Below are positions 49,101-57,487 of a DNA stretch of 59,586 bases, piece after piece; the stretch's first letter is position 1; each line of letters opens with the position of its first letter. Position numbers and translations under genes: made by a program. Origin of the DNA: Deferrisomatales bacterium (GTDB taxonomy: Bacteria > Desulfobacterota > Deferrisomatia > Deferrisomatales > JACRMM01). The notes under the pieces were generated by a model. The model was not told the origin of the DNA. It searched no databases and saw only the letters and a list, made by a program, of their open reading frames with translations. The stretch lies in NCBI GenBank assembly GCA_033551855.1, contig JAWSUI010000020.1, positions 1 through 59,586 on the forward strand. Direction: 5' to 3'.

Positions 49101-52100
49101 GGGGAAGGACGTCCCCTCCCCCCGCTGGGAGGTTTATCGGGCCGGGGTCGAGGCGCTGCTCGCGGAGCAGGAGGTCCTCCATCGGGATCTCGCGGCCCGG
49201 GAGACCCGCAGGAGCGCCGAGGGTGGCCGGGAGCTACGGGAGTCGCTGGCCCACCTCGCCCGGGGCGTCCGGGACTCCCTGCGGGCGCCCCTTCGGTTCG
49301 CGGAGCTGCGGGCCGAGCTCTGGGACCGCCTGGCCCTGGCCCGCCAGGAGGCCGGTCAGTGGGGGGCGGCTGCCGAGGCCTTCGGGGAGGCCTTCGGGGC
49401 CAACCGGCGCCTGGGTCGGGAAGAGAACCTCGGGCGCAACCGCCGCTCCGAGGCCTACTGCCTGTATCAGCTCGCCGCCGAGGGGTCCGGGAAAGAGCGG
49501 ACCGCCCTGCTCGAGCGGTCCGCGGAAGGCTTCCGGGAGGCCCGGGAGCTGGTGCGTCGCCACGGCGTGCCGGCGCACCGGGGGGACCCCGGGGGGCGGG
49601 CCCTGGTGGACCTGCGGCTGGAGGTGCCCCTGGACCCCGCCGGGGCCACCCAGGCGGCCTTCGGGTTCTCGGCCGAGCAGGAGGAGCGTCTGGCCGAGGC
49701 TTTCCTGGCCCGCATCGCGCTGGAGCTGGGGGAGCTCGGGGAAGCCGAGGCCGGCCTCGGCCTCCAGCTCGCTCGGTACCCCCCGGGGGACCCGGTGGCC
49801 GAGGGCGACCGCTTCGGTGTCTCGCTGCTGGCCCACCGTGCGGGGCTGCTGGCCTACGCGCGGGGGGAGCTCACCGAGGCCTTCGAGCGTTTCGCGCGCT
49901 CCGCGGACCTCTCCCGGGGGGCGGGGGGGGCGGTCAGTACGGCGCTCAACGTCGCGGGGATGACCCGCGCCCTGGGCCGCCTCCCCCAGGGGCACCCCGG
50001 GCGGGGGGCCCTGCTGCGGGAGCTCGAAGCCCAGGACCGGCGGGCCTCCGCCGCCCTCCGGCACGACCCGGTGGCCTCCGGGCAGCCCCTCACCGTCTTC
50101 TTCCACACGGCCCTGGGGCTCTTCTGGCTCGGCGAGGGTCTCCCGCAAGCGCCCGGCGGGGCCGGGCTCGAGGTGGGGGCCGCTCGGGGCCGGGCTCTGG
50201 CTCGGGCCGCGGTCCACTTCTACGCAGGGCTTCGGGCCGCAGGAGACGGGGAGCTCTTGCTGGAGCGAGGCAGCCGCGAGGCCCGGGCCCGGGCAGCCCG
50301 CCTCCACCTGGCCCTGGCCCGGACCCTGGAGGGCCTGGGGGATTCGGGTGAGGGGCATGACACCCGCGCCTTGGAGCTGGCCCGGCGGGGCCTGCTCCCC
50401 GACCTGGAGTGGAGGGCACTGGCGGGCTTGGGCCGCCTCGCCGAGGCCCTGGCCGCCCTCGAAACCGTCACCCCCCTGCGGGCCCACGCGGCGCCGGGGG
50501 AGATCCCCGGCACCTTCGCCCCTCTGGTGGAGGCCCTGTGGGAGACCGGGGACCCGGAGGCCGCCTTCGACCTGGCGGAGCGCCTGGCCGAGCTGGAACG
50601 GGTGCACCGGCTCTCCCCCTTCACGGCAGGGGCGCTCACCGGACCGGAGCGGGAACTGGCCCGGGCCTCGTACCCGCGCCTCCTGCGCGTGGAAGAGCTT
50701 CGCGCCCAGGCGGACGCGTCCCGGGGCGAGGAGCGCGCCTACCGGGCGGAGATGCTCGAGCGGGAACGGCGCCTCCTGGAGGCCCAGCTCGGGCCGGAAC
50801 GGGAGGGGCTCCCTGCGCTGGCGGCGGCCCAGAGCCGGCCGGACCTCCAGGAGGCGGTCCTCGTCCTCCTGGGGCTCGCGGTCCACGCCGAGGAGGCGGC
50901 AGAGGCAGCCTCCCGCGCCCTGGACCCGGGGGAGGCCGCCCGGAGGCGGGCGGAGCACCAGGAGCTCGTGGAGCGGTTTTGGCGGCTGCGGGCGGCAGGG
51001 GCGGCACTTCGCGAGGAGGGCCAGGCGCCGGGGGCGCTGGCCCTGCTGGGCCCCGAGCCGGCCACGGCCGCCGAGCTCGTGGAGACCCTGCCCGAGGGCA
51101 CGACGCTCCTTCGGGCCGTGGCCCGACCGGGGGGGGGATTCCTCCTGTTCCGGCTCGGCGCCGACGCCTTCGACCTGGAAGAGGTCCCGTCCCTCGACCC
51201 CTCCCTGCTGCCCGCCCAGGGAGCGGTCGCGGCGTTCGAGAACCCCGAGGCGGTGCTCGCGTGGGCGCGGGGCCCGGCCCCCCAGCCGGGGGGAGCGGCC
51301 GCCGCCCTGAGCGCCACCCACTGGCTGCGCTCCCACCAGGCCCGCAAACCCCTGCGCCGCTCCCTGCTGGTGGGGGGAGAGGTGCCGGTGGACACCCCGG
51401 CCGGCTTCTCTCCGGTACCCCTGCCCGCGGCGCCTACCCCGGGAGACGTCCTGGGCGCGGCCCCGTCGGCCCACACCCTGTCGCTCCCCGGCCCGGTGCG
51501 CCTGGCGTCTTCCGTACCCACCCGCGCCGGGGAGACGGCCCGGGCCTTCCCCGGCGCCGACCTCCCGGGGGGCCGGAGCGTGCCGCTGGCAGGCTTCGTC
51601 GGCCTGCTGGACCGGGCCTCCCTGGCAGTTCTCGGGGTGGTCGAAGAGGAGGCGGTCTACCCGGCCGCCCACCTCCTCAGCCTGGCGGGGTGCCCCTCGG
51701 TGGTCGTCCCGGCGGCCTCCCCTGGGGACGGCTTTCCCTCCCCCGAAGCCTTCCTCCGGGCCTACGCCCAGGCCTCGCCCGAACTGGCCGCCGGGACCCC
51801 TTGGGGAATCCTGGGGTTCGGGGGGCTCTCGCCCGAGGACGCCCGGGAGCTCGCCCGCTCCCAGTTCCTCCGGTACGCGGCGGCCGCCCAGGCCGCCCTC
51901 CGTGCCGGGCGGGCGGCGGGGGCCTTGCGGGCCGCCGAGGACGCCCTGTGGGTCACGGAGGAGATCCCGGACCTGCAGGTCCACCGTGCCGAACTCCACC
52001 GCTTCGCCCGGGAGGCGGCCTGGGCCGCCGGGCTCCCGGCGGACGCCGAGCGCCACGCCCAGGCCCTGGTCGACGCCGCTCGGGAGGTGGCCCCCTACTC

Positions 52101-54708
52101 CCCCGCCCACGCCGACGCCCTGCTCCGGCTCGGGCTCGTGCAGGCCCGCCTCGAGCGCTACGGAGAGGCGCTACCGGCCCTGGAGGAGGCGGCAGAGATG
52201 CTGGCGAACCTCGAGCTCGGGCCCGAGGAGGTCGAGGCCCTGGCCAGCCTGGGGGCCGTGCTCGAGGAGGCCACCCGGTACGAGCAGGCCCTGGGAGTCT
52301 TCCAGACCGCCGCCGAGCGCAGCCGGGACCTGGGACAGGCCGCCCTCCTGGCCGCCCAGCACGCGAGCCTGGGACGGGTCTACGACCTGCGCCTCAACCG
52401 CTGGGCCCGGGCGAAGCAGAGTTACGAGCAGGCCCTGGAGCTCTCCGACGCCGCCGGCGACCTCCACGGGGTCGTCCAGGCGCTGGTGGACGTGGGCCGG
52501 TGCGAGCGCTTCCTCGGGAGCTTCCCCGCGGCCGAGGAACGCTACTCCCTGGCCCTCGAGCTCCTGGACGAGGATCCCGACCCGGTGCTGCGCGCCAAGG
52601 TGCTCATCGAGCAGGCCAACAACGCCTGGTTCCAGGCCCGCTACCAGGAGGCCTTCGACCTCCAGCGCGAGGCCCACGGCCTGAGCCGCGAGAGCGGGTG
52701 GGCCCTCGGGGAGGTCGTGGCCCTCAACACCTCCGGCCTCACCTGGTGGACGTTGGGGGACCACGAGCGGGCTCTCCGGGAGCTCACTCGGGCCCTGGAC
52801 CGGGCACGGGAGCTTCCCGGCCGCGACGACGAGGTGGCCACGACCCTCAACAACCTGGGTCTCGTCTACCGGGAGACGGGGCGCTTCGACGACGCCCGGG
52901 GCGTCCTGGAAAAGGCCCTGGCGATCGACCGGCGCCTCGGGTCCCGCTGGGCCGTGGCCTACGACCTGCGAAACCTCGGGCTCACCCACCTGCGGGAGGG
53001 AGACCCCGGGACGGCGCTGCCGCTCCTGCGCGAGGCGGCCGCGCAGGCGGGGGACATCGGCGACCGGGTCCACGAGGCCAAGGCCCGTCTGGCCCTGGGC
53101 GAGGCCCTGGCCGCAGGGACGGAGGGCTCCAACGACCGCGAGGCCCGGGAGGCCTTCGAGGCGGCCCTGGAAGGGGCCCGGTCCCTCTACCTGCGGGAGG
53201 TGGAGTGGAGGGCCCTCCACGGCCTGGGGCTGCTGGAGCGGTCCGCGGGGCGCCTCGGGGAGGCCCGCCGGCTCCTGGCCGAGGCGGTCGACGTGGTGGA
53301 GGGGGTTCGCGCCGAGATCCGCCTGGAGCAGCTCCGGGACGGCTTCCTCACCGACAAGATGGCCGTGTACGAGGCGCTGGTCTCGGTGCTCGTGGCCCTG
53401 GGTGACCCGGCGGGTGCGTTCGAGGTGGCGGAGCGGTCCCGCGCCCGCAACTTCATCGACCTCCTGGGCAACCAGCGCCTCACCCTGAAGGGGGCCGTGG
53501 AGCAGGCGCTCTACGACCGGCAGGCGGAGCTCAAGGCCCGCCTGGACGAGCAGCTCGCCCTGGCCGCCCAGGCGCCCGAGGGGGAGGAGCGCGCCGCCTA
53601 CGAAGCCGCGGCGGCGCGCCTGCGCGACGAGCACCGGGACCTCCTCCTGGACATCCAGGCGCGCCACCCGGAGCTCGCGTCCCTCGTCTCCGTGCAGCCC
53701 CTGGGGGAGGCCGAGGTGCGGGCCCAGCTGGAGCCCGGCGTCGCCCTGCTGGCCTACTACCTCTTGGAAGACGAGGTCCTGTGCTGGATCGTCCGACCCG
53801 AAGGGCTCGCCCTGGTGCGCACCCGGGCGGCACGGGGGGTCCTGGAGGAGGACGTCTTCGCCTACCGGCGGCTCATCCAGAACCTGGAGCCCGTGGAAGC
53901 GCTCTCCCGCGCCCTCCACGGCCTTCTCGTCGATCCCGCAGCCCCCCACCTGGAGGGGGTTCACACCCTGGGAGTGATCCCCCACGGCGCCCTCCACTAC
54001 CTGGCCTTCGCCACCCTCTCTGGCCCCGAAGACCACGTGGCCGACCGCTGGCCGCTGTTCTACCTCCCGAGCGCGAGCGTGCTGCGCTACTCTCTGGAGC
54101 GCCGAGACCCCGACGCCAACCGCCGGGTGCTCGCCATCGGCAACCCCGACCTGGGCGACCCGGCCCTGGAGCTCCCGTTCGCCGAGCAGGAGGTGGGCAC
54201 GATCCGCTGGAACTTCCCGGAGGTCACGGTGCTCACAGGGGAGCGGGCCACCGAGACCTGGGTGACCGAGAACCTGGGAGACTTCGGGATCCTCCACGTG
54301 GCTTCCCACGGCGAGTTCGACCCCCTCAACCCCCTCTTCTCGGCACTGAAACTCGTCCCGGACTCCCACAATGACGGGGACCTCCAGGCCGCCGAGGTCT
54401 TCGCCCTGGAGCTGCGGGCCGATCTGGTGGTGCTGAGCGCCTGCCAGACGGGCCTCGGCACCGTGACCCGGGGAGACGACGTGCTCGGCCTCAACCGCGC
54501 CTTCCTCTACGCGGGAACCCACACGGTGGTCTCCAGCCTCTGGCGGGTAAGCGACGTCTCCACGGCAGTGCTGATGAAGCACTTCTACCGCCAGTACGCG
54601 GTGCGCAACAAGGCGGAGAGCCTGCGCGCGGCCCTCCTCCACGTGAAGACCCGTTACCCCCACCCCGGCTACTGGGGGGCCTTCACGCTGGTCGGGGACT
54701 GGGAGTGA
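46126..54708 (+). CDS. Giant exported TolB-like propeller/TPR/CHAT (caspase-like) protein, ~2860 aa
   Basis: GTGA overlap at 46126; signal peptide; PD40 repeats (SPDG..LAY); many TPRs; C-terminal CHAT with LHVASHG (His codon 54307), LSACQTG (Cys codon 54442), VSSLW and HPGYWGAF. Confidence 0.9.
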   Translation: MSARLPLLPLLAAAGLAALALTPTAPRAEPADPPRTGAGRLPLAVPVHEPVQVTAEADPIAGLAVSPDGRWLAYAAGSPGSRDLWLRSADPNRVVLPRRLTSAPGDETAPAFSPDGRSLAYVGTSHDARGDLFLLALDGDGSPAGEPRRLTGREAGAGSPAFARDGSALFFHRAHPGEMEPTLAVLPLGRGGPGASPEAGPPRDLEDSGTGRPVRGASPSVSPDGSRLAFVHRTPHPGGSISLLDLATGQVFPLTEGPALDSAPAWTPEGDLLFVRRELDTDGDGWVTPEDHGVLMRLARGTLPGGPSPVHPRPGADRLPRPYPLTPATYGADLPALPAAPAERHLFFVSGQRGAANAWSLPREGAVPHRIGPADQLALAEEIDRELFPPAPLLAAAAYEKVLERFGGAGRPAARAALGAGLAYRAAGLSGAAETAFARVAADHPGVEPEASLARVRLTALTARRKEREARERGDAGGARAALEEGLRALEADAAGGGPEVVSARAGVEGARLLLDLGRDADSLLAALAAADRVARDFPGARFEAAEALFLRGEAFGRVGRPEAVEGAYRQVLERYPEVDEWGDRAVERLLDLIAAGAGESLDARVAALRQAAAEARERHPRLAMGALNRAGDLLFAGDEWARAKAAYRQVLDEFPEVATQTAAARLSLAEILYREERFRQALELYEAELHLRPREDRIYRLAHRGYLRRTAEAGAALLRTGEAVSARSLFRDLLRYDNRAVEGHRGYVQASAALGGLEPVLAEYRARAHADPGDAVALYAVGLALTYRETRGALEEARDWLVRAIGRQGQVEYFHQTLGYVNEVLETVHGERGGLERALEAYRRAAFLNDPEANPPNAAHLLLNQGNAAFLLGQYSAADRSYAARRASGIPFDLPDAELLFYRRFGEAAFQVRDPSRAAELYARALGLLEERADPRAASRAYDRLVRAVLERHLGPPAPGAPLDEASRRLAERQSGLRERLFLLTRAAPASGKDVPSPRWEVYRAGVEALLAEQEVLHRDLAARETRRSAEGGRELRESLAHLARGVRDSLRAPLRFAELRAELWDRLALARQEAGQWGAAAEAFGEAFGANRRLGREENLGRNRRSEAYCLYQLAAEGSGKERTALLERSAEGFREARELVRRHGVPAHRGDPGGRALVDLRLEVPLDPAGATQAAFGFSAEQEERLAEAFLARIALELGELGEAEAGLGLQLARYPPGDPVAEGDRFGVSLLAHRAGLLAYARGELTEAFERFARSADLSRGAGGAVSTALNVAGMTRALGRLPQGHPGRGALLRELEAQDRRASAALRHDPVASGQPLTVFFHTALGLFWLGEGLPQAPGGAGLEVGAARGRALARAAVHFYAGLRAAGDGELLLERGSREARARAARLHLALARTLEGLGDSGEGHDTRALELARRGLLPDLEWRALAGLGRLAEALAALETVTPLRAHAAPGEIPGTFAPLVEALWETGDPEAAFDLAERLAELERVHRLSPFTAGALTGPERELARASYPRLLRVEELRAQADASRGEERAYRAEMLERERRLLEAQLGPEREGLPALAAAQSRPDLQEAVLVLLGLAVHAEEAAEAASRALDPGEAARRRAEHQELVERFWRLRAAGAALREEGQAPGALALLGPEPATAAELVETLPEGTTLLRAVARPGGGFLLFRLGADAFDLEEVPSLDPSLLPAQGAVAAFENPEAVLAWARGPAPQPGGAAAALSATHWLRSHQARKPLRRSLLVGGEVPVDTPAGFSPVPLPAAPTPGDVLGAAPSAHTLSLPGPVRLASSVPTRAGETARAFPGADLPGGRSVPLAGFVGLLDRASLAVLGVVEEEAVYPAAHLLSLAGCPSVVVPAASPGDGFPSPEAFLRAYAQASPELAAGTPWGILGFGGLSPEDARELARSQFLRYAAAAQAALRAGRAAGALRAAEDALWVTEEIPDLQVHRAELHRFAREAAWAAGLPADAERHAQALVDAAREVAPYSPAHADALLRLGLVQARLERYGEALPALEEAAEMLANLELGPEEVEALASLGAVLEEATRYEQALGVFQTAAERSRDLGQAALLAAQHASLGRVYDLRLNRWARAKQSYEQALELSDAAGDLHGVVQALVDVGRCERFLGSFPAAEERYSLALELLDEDPDPVLRAKVLIEQANNAWFQARYQEAFDLQREAHGLSRESGWALGEVVALNTSGLTWWTLGDHERALRELTRALDRARELPGRDDEVATTLNNLGLVYRETGRFDDARGVLEKALAIDRRLGSRWAVAYDLRNLGLTHLREGDPGTALPLLREAAAQAGDIGDRVHEAKARLALGEALAAGTEGSNDREAREAFEAALEGARSLYLREVEWRALHGLGLLERSAGRLGEARRLLAEAVDVVEGVRAEIRLEQLRDGFLTDKMAVYEALVSVLVALGDPAGAFEVAERSRARNFIDLLGNQRLTLKGAVEQALYDRQAELKARLDEQLALAAQAPEGEERAAYEAAAARLRDEHRDLLLDIQARHPELASLVSVQPLGEAEVRAQLEPGVALLAYYLLEDEVLCWIVRPEGLALVRTRAARGVLEEDVFAYRRLIQNLEPVEALSRALHGLLVDPAAPHLEGVHTLGVIPHGALHYLAFATLSGPEDHVADRWPLFYLPSASVLRYSLERRDPDANRRVLAIGNPDLGDPALELPFAEQEVGTIRWNFPEVTVLTGERATETWVTENLGDFGILHVASHGEFDPLNPLFSALKLVPDSHNDGDLQAAEVFALELRADLVVLSACQTGLGTVTRGDDVLGLNRAFLYAGTHTVVSSLWRVSDVSTAVLMKHFYRQYAVRNKAESLRAALLHVKTRYPHPGYWGAFTLVGDWE

Positions 54709-54847
54709 AGGGCCGGGGTTCGGGGTTCGGGCCGCCGTTTCGTGGCGCGCCGGGGCGAGACCCCGGGAGCAGGTTGCGGTACACTGGGCACGGCAGACGG
54801 GCCGCCGCCGCACCGGCGTTCCCGACGAACACCCGGAGGACACCCCC

Positions 54848-55363
54848 ATGAGAAGACGTTTCCCCCTCCTCCTGGCCCTGCTGGCCGCGGCCGCCGGCGG
54901 CGCCGCGCTGGCCCAGACGACCCTGTGGGTCTCCTCGACGGGAACCAAGCTCAAGGCCGACACCCGGGCCACCTCGGCGACGGTCGCCGACCTCCCCCTG
55001 GGGGCCGAGCTCCGGGTCCTGGAGGCCCGGGACGCTTGGTACCGGGTCGCCGGCCCCGGCAGCGCAGAGGGCTGGATCTACCGGGGCAAGGTGACCGAGA
55101 CGCCCCCGGGCGCGGCTCCGGCCGAGGGGGGGGGGCTCCTCGGCGGCCTCACCGGCCGGAGCACCATCCAGGCGGCCTCGGCGGACACCTCCCGGAGCAT
55201 CCGGGGCCTCTCGCCGGAGACCACGCAGTACGCGGACGGCGCCGGCACACCCCAGGAGCACCGGGAGGCCCTGGACCGGGTCCTCGCCCTGACGGTCTCG
55301 GAGGACGAGCTCGAGCGGTTCCTCCAGGACGGCCGCATCGGCGAATACGCGATGGGGAGGTGA
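54848..55363 (+). CDS. Exported bacterial SH3 (SH3b) domain protein
   Basis: Signal peptide; GAELRVLEARDAWYRV..EGWIY; C-terminal SIRGL..ELERFLQDGRIG. Confidence 0.8.
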   Translation: MRRRFPLLLALLAAAAGGAALAQTTLWVSSTGTKLKADTRATSATVADLPLGAELRVLEARDAWYRVAGPGSAEGWIYRGKVTETPPGAAPAEGGGLLGGLTGRSTIQAASADTSRSIRGLSPETTQYADGAGTPQEHREALDRVLALTVSEDELERFLQDGRIGEYAMGR

Positions 55364-55368
55364 CGACC

Positions 55369-56319
55369 GTGAAGACCGCAACCCGCCTCCTCGCCCTTGT
55401 CCTGGCCGCCCTCCTGCTCCCCGCCGCCGCGGGGGCCTTCCTGGACCGCCTCGGCCGGGGCGTCCTCCAGGAGCTCGCCCCCAAGCCGGCCGAGGCCCCT
55501 CCGCCGGCACAGCCCGACGACAAGGCCCCCGCGGAGCCGTCGAGGCGTCAGGACCGCACCGGCCTGATCCTCGGCGGGGTCACGGACCTCCTGGCCGGGG
55601 CCGCCGAAGTTCCCTACGAGACCGAGGTGGTCATCGGCGAGAGCCTCGCGCTGGAGGGCTTCGCCCGCTATGGCCGGCCGGTGGAGGACCCGGACCTCCA
55701 GCGCTACGTCAACCGGGTGGGCAACGCCGTGGCGCGGAACTCGCCGCGGCCCGAGATCCCCTACCGTTTCGTGGTGGTCCAGGGCGAGTTGTACAACGCC
55801 TTCGCCTGCCCGGGCGGGATCGTATTCGTCAGCTCCCAGCTCGTCCGCTCCATGGGGGACGAAGCGGAGCTGGCCGCGGTCCTGGCCCACGAGGTGGGCC
55901 ACGTGGCCCACCGGCACGCCCTCCAGTCCATCCGCCGGGCGCAGTTCTTCTCCGGGGTCGGACAGCTCACCGCCGCCACCATGAGGGGGGAGAAGGGCAG
56001 GGAGTTCCAGGGGATGATCGGCGACCTCCAGGGGGTGCTCTTCGACCGGGGCCTGGACCGGAACATGGAGTTCGAGGCCGACGCCACGGGGATGGAGACC
56101 GCCTACCGCACCGGCTACGACCCGGCCGGGATGGTGCGGGTGCTCGAGATGCTCCAGCGCAACGAGGCCACCGCCCGGAAGGGCGGCTCGTGGTTCTCCA
56201 CCCACCCGCCCCTGGGCGAGCGCCTCTCCCGGCTCCGCACCCAGCTCGCCCAGTACCCCGACGCCGCCTCCCTGGCCCGGGTGCCCGAGCGCTTCGCCCC
56301 CTACTCCGCACGGCTCTGA
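55369..56319 (+). CDS. M48 family zinc metalloprotease (BepA/YfgC-like)
   Basis: Signal peptide; YNAFACPGG, ELAAVLAHEVGH, EFEAD, STHP. Confidence 0.92.
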   Translation: MKTATRLLALVLAALLLPAAAGAFLDRLGRGVLQELAPKPAEAPPPAQPDDKAPAEPSRRQDRTGLILGGVTDLLAGAAEVPYETEVVIGESLALEGFARYGRPVEDPDLQRYVNRVGNAVARNSPRPEIPYRFVVVQGELYNAFACPGGIVFVSSQLVRSMGDEAELAAVLAHEVGHVAHRHALQSIRRAQFFSGVGQLTAATMRGEKGREFQGMIGDLQGVLFDRGLDRNMEFEADATGMETAYRTGYDPAGMVRVLEMLQRNEATARKGGSWFSTHPPLGERLSRLRTQLAQYPDAASLARVPERFAPYSARL

Positions 56320-56363
56320 CGGGCACCGGCACGTCCGGCCCGCCGCTCACGAAAGGAGACGAG

Positions 56364-56552
56364 ATGCCGACCCTGACGATCGAAGGGCCCCCGATCCCGG
56401 ACCTGGGGAGGAAGAGGGCGCTGGTCAAGGCCGCCACTGCCGCCGCCGTCGAGGCCTACGGCCTGCCGGCAGAGATCATCGTGGTGGTCATCAAAGAGAA
56501 CGCCCCCGAGAACGTCGGCGTCGGGGGTCACCTGATCGCCGATCGCGACTAG
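56364..56552 (+). CDS. 4-oxalocrotonate tautomerase family protein
   Basis: Starts M-P (catalytic Pro1), 62 aa, ENVGVGG motif; AAGGAG RBS. Confidence 0.88.
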   Translation: MPTLTIEGPPIPDLGRKRALVKAATAAAVEAYGLPAEIIVVVIKENAPENVGVGGHLIADRD

Positions 56553-56609
56553 CCGGCCGGGGGAGGCGTCGCCGCTTCCCGCCCCGGGGAACAAGGCGTA
56601 TATACCACC

Positions 56610-56977
56610 ACCGTCCCCCGCGTCGGCCACGCGGGGGGCGACACCACGCCTTCGCGTGCGAATCAGACCGCGCAAGTTTCAATCCACGCCCCCCACGCGG
56701 GGGGCGACGTGTCACCGCCGCCCGTCTTTTTCATTGCCGGGAGTTTCAATCCACGCCCCCCACGCGGGGGGCGACGCGGGGCAGCCCGGAGATGGCCGAC
56801 CGGATCGCGTTTCAATCCACGCCCCCCACGCGGGGGGCGACAGCCCAACGTCGTGATTGCGTGTTGACCCGAACCTGTTTCAATCCACGCCCCCCACGCG
56901 GGGGGCGACTGGAGCCGGTCGAGGTCCACGAGGGCTAGGGGCACGTTTCAATCCACGCCCCCCACGCGGGGGGCGAC
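56610..56977 (-). CRISPR. Type I-C CRISPR array: 5 intact 33-bp repeats, 1 degenerate distal repeat, 5 spacers of 33-35 bp
   Basis: Plus-strand repeat GTTTCAATCCACGCCCCCCACGCGGGGGGCGAC at 56676, 56743, 56809, 56877 and 56945; degenerate copy ends at 56642; transcribed orientation is GTCGC..ATTGAAAC. Confidence 0.98.
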
Positions 56978-57154
56978 GACCCTTGCGTAAGTGCTTGCTG
57001 TGGCGTCTGTTTCAACACCGAATTCGCGAACCGCAGTTCAGACCCCCGTCAGCGGTTGGACTTTTGCCCGAAGCCAAACCGAACACCCGCTGCCCCACTC
57101 GAAAAACACTCTCTGCGAACCCGCCCGGTGCTCGCTGTGAGCTTGGGGTTCGCG
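56978..57154 (-). promoter_or_regulatory. CRISPR leader
   Basis: Non-coding stretch between cas2 and the first repeat, containing GCGAACC/GGTTCGC motifs typical of I-C leaders. Confidence 0.75.
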
Positions 57155-57445
57155 TCAAAATACCAGGGGGCCTTCCGGGTCGAGGGAGGGCTTCGCCCCC
57201 ACGTGCTCCACCCGGTGCCGCCAGTTGTTCCCCAGGAAGTAGAACCGCAGGCTGTCCTTCTCCGGGTCCATTACGTCCATCAGGCGGGCACGCAGGGCAA
57301 CCCACTTGGCGTGGTCCACCAGGCACTCGAACACCGAAAACTGAACCCGCTGCCCGTGGTTCACGCAGATCTTCGCGATCCGCCGCAGGCGGGCTCGGCC
57401 CTCCTTGGTCTCGGTGTTCACGTCGTAGCTCACGAGCACGAACAT
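57155..57445 (-). CDS. cas2: CRISPR-associated endonuclease Cas2 (I-C)
   Basis: MFVLVSYDV, GQRVQFSVFEC, DSLRFYFLG. Confidence 0.97.
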   Translation of the reverse strand: MFVLVSYDVNTETKEGRARLRRIAKICVNHGQRVQFSVFECLVDHAKWVALRARLMDVMDPEKDSLRFYFLGNNWRHRVEHVGAKPSLDPEGPLVF

Positions 57446-57487
57446 GGCCCTCACCGTGTCCTTCGCGCCGCCGAAACAGGCGGCCGC

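Noticed and set aside
41034..54972. Long antisense or alternative-frame ORFs (e.g. 41034-44492, 49234-52110, 50409-53405, 52171-54972) and similar shadows across the window
   Set aside because: These are Pro/Arg/Gly-rich shadow ORFs expected in very high-GC DNA; they overlap well-supported genes and lack motifs.
56910..56944. Leader-proximal spacer partly matching the CHAT gene near 46270 (gagccggtc.aggtc)
   Set aside because: Only about 14 of 15 nt match in GC-rich DNA, which is too short for self-targeting.
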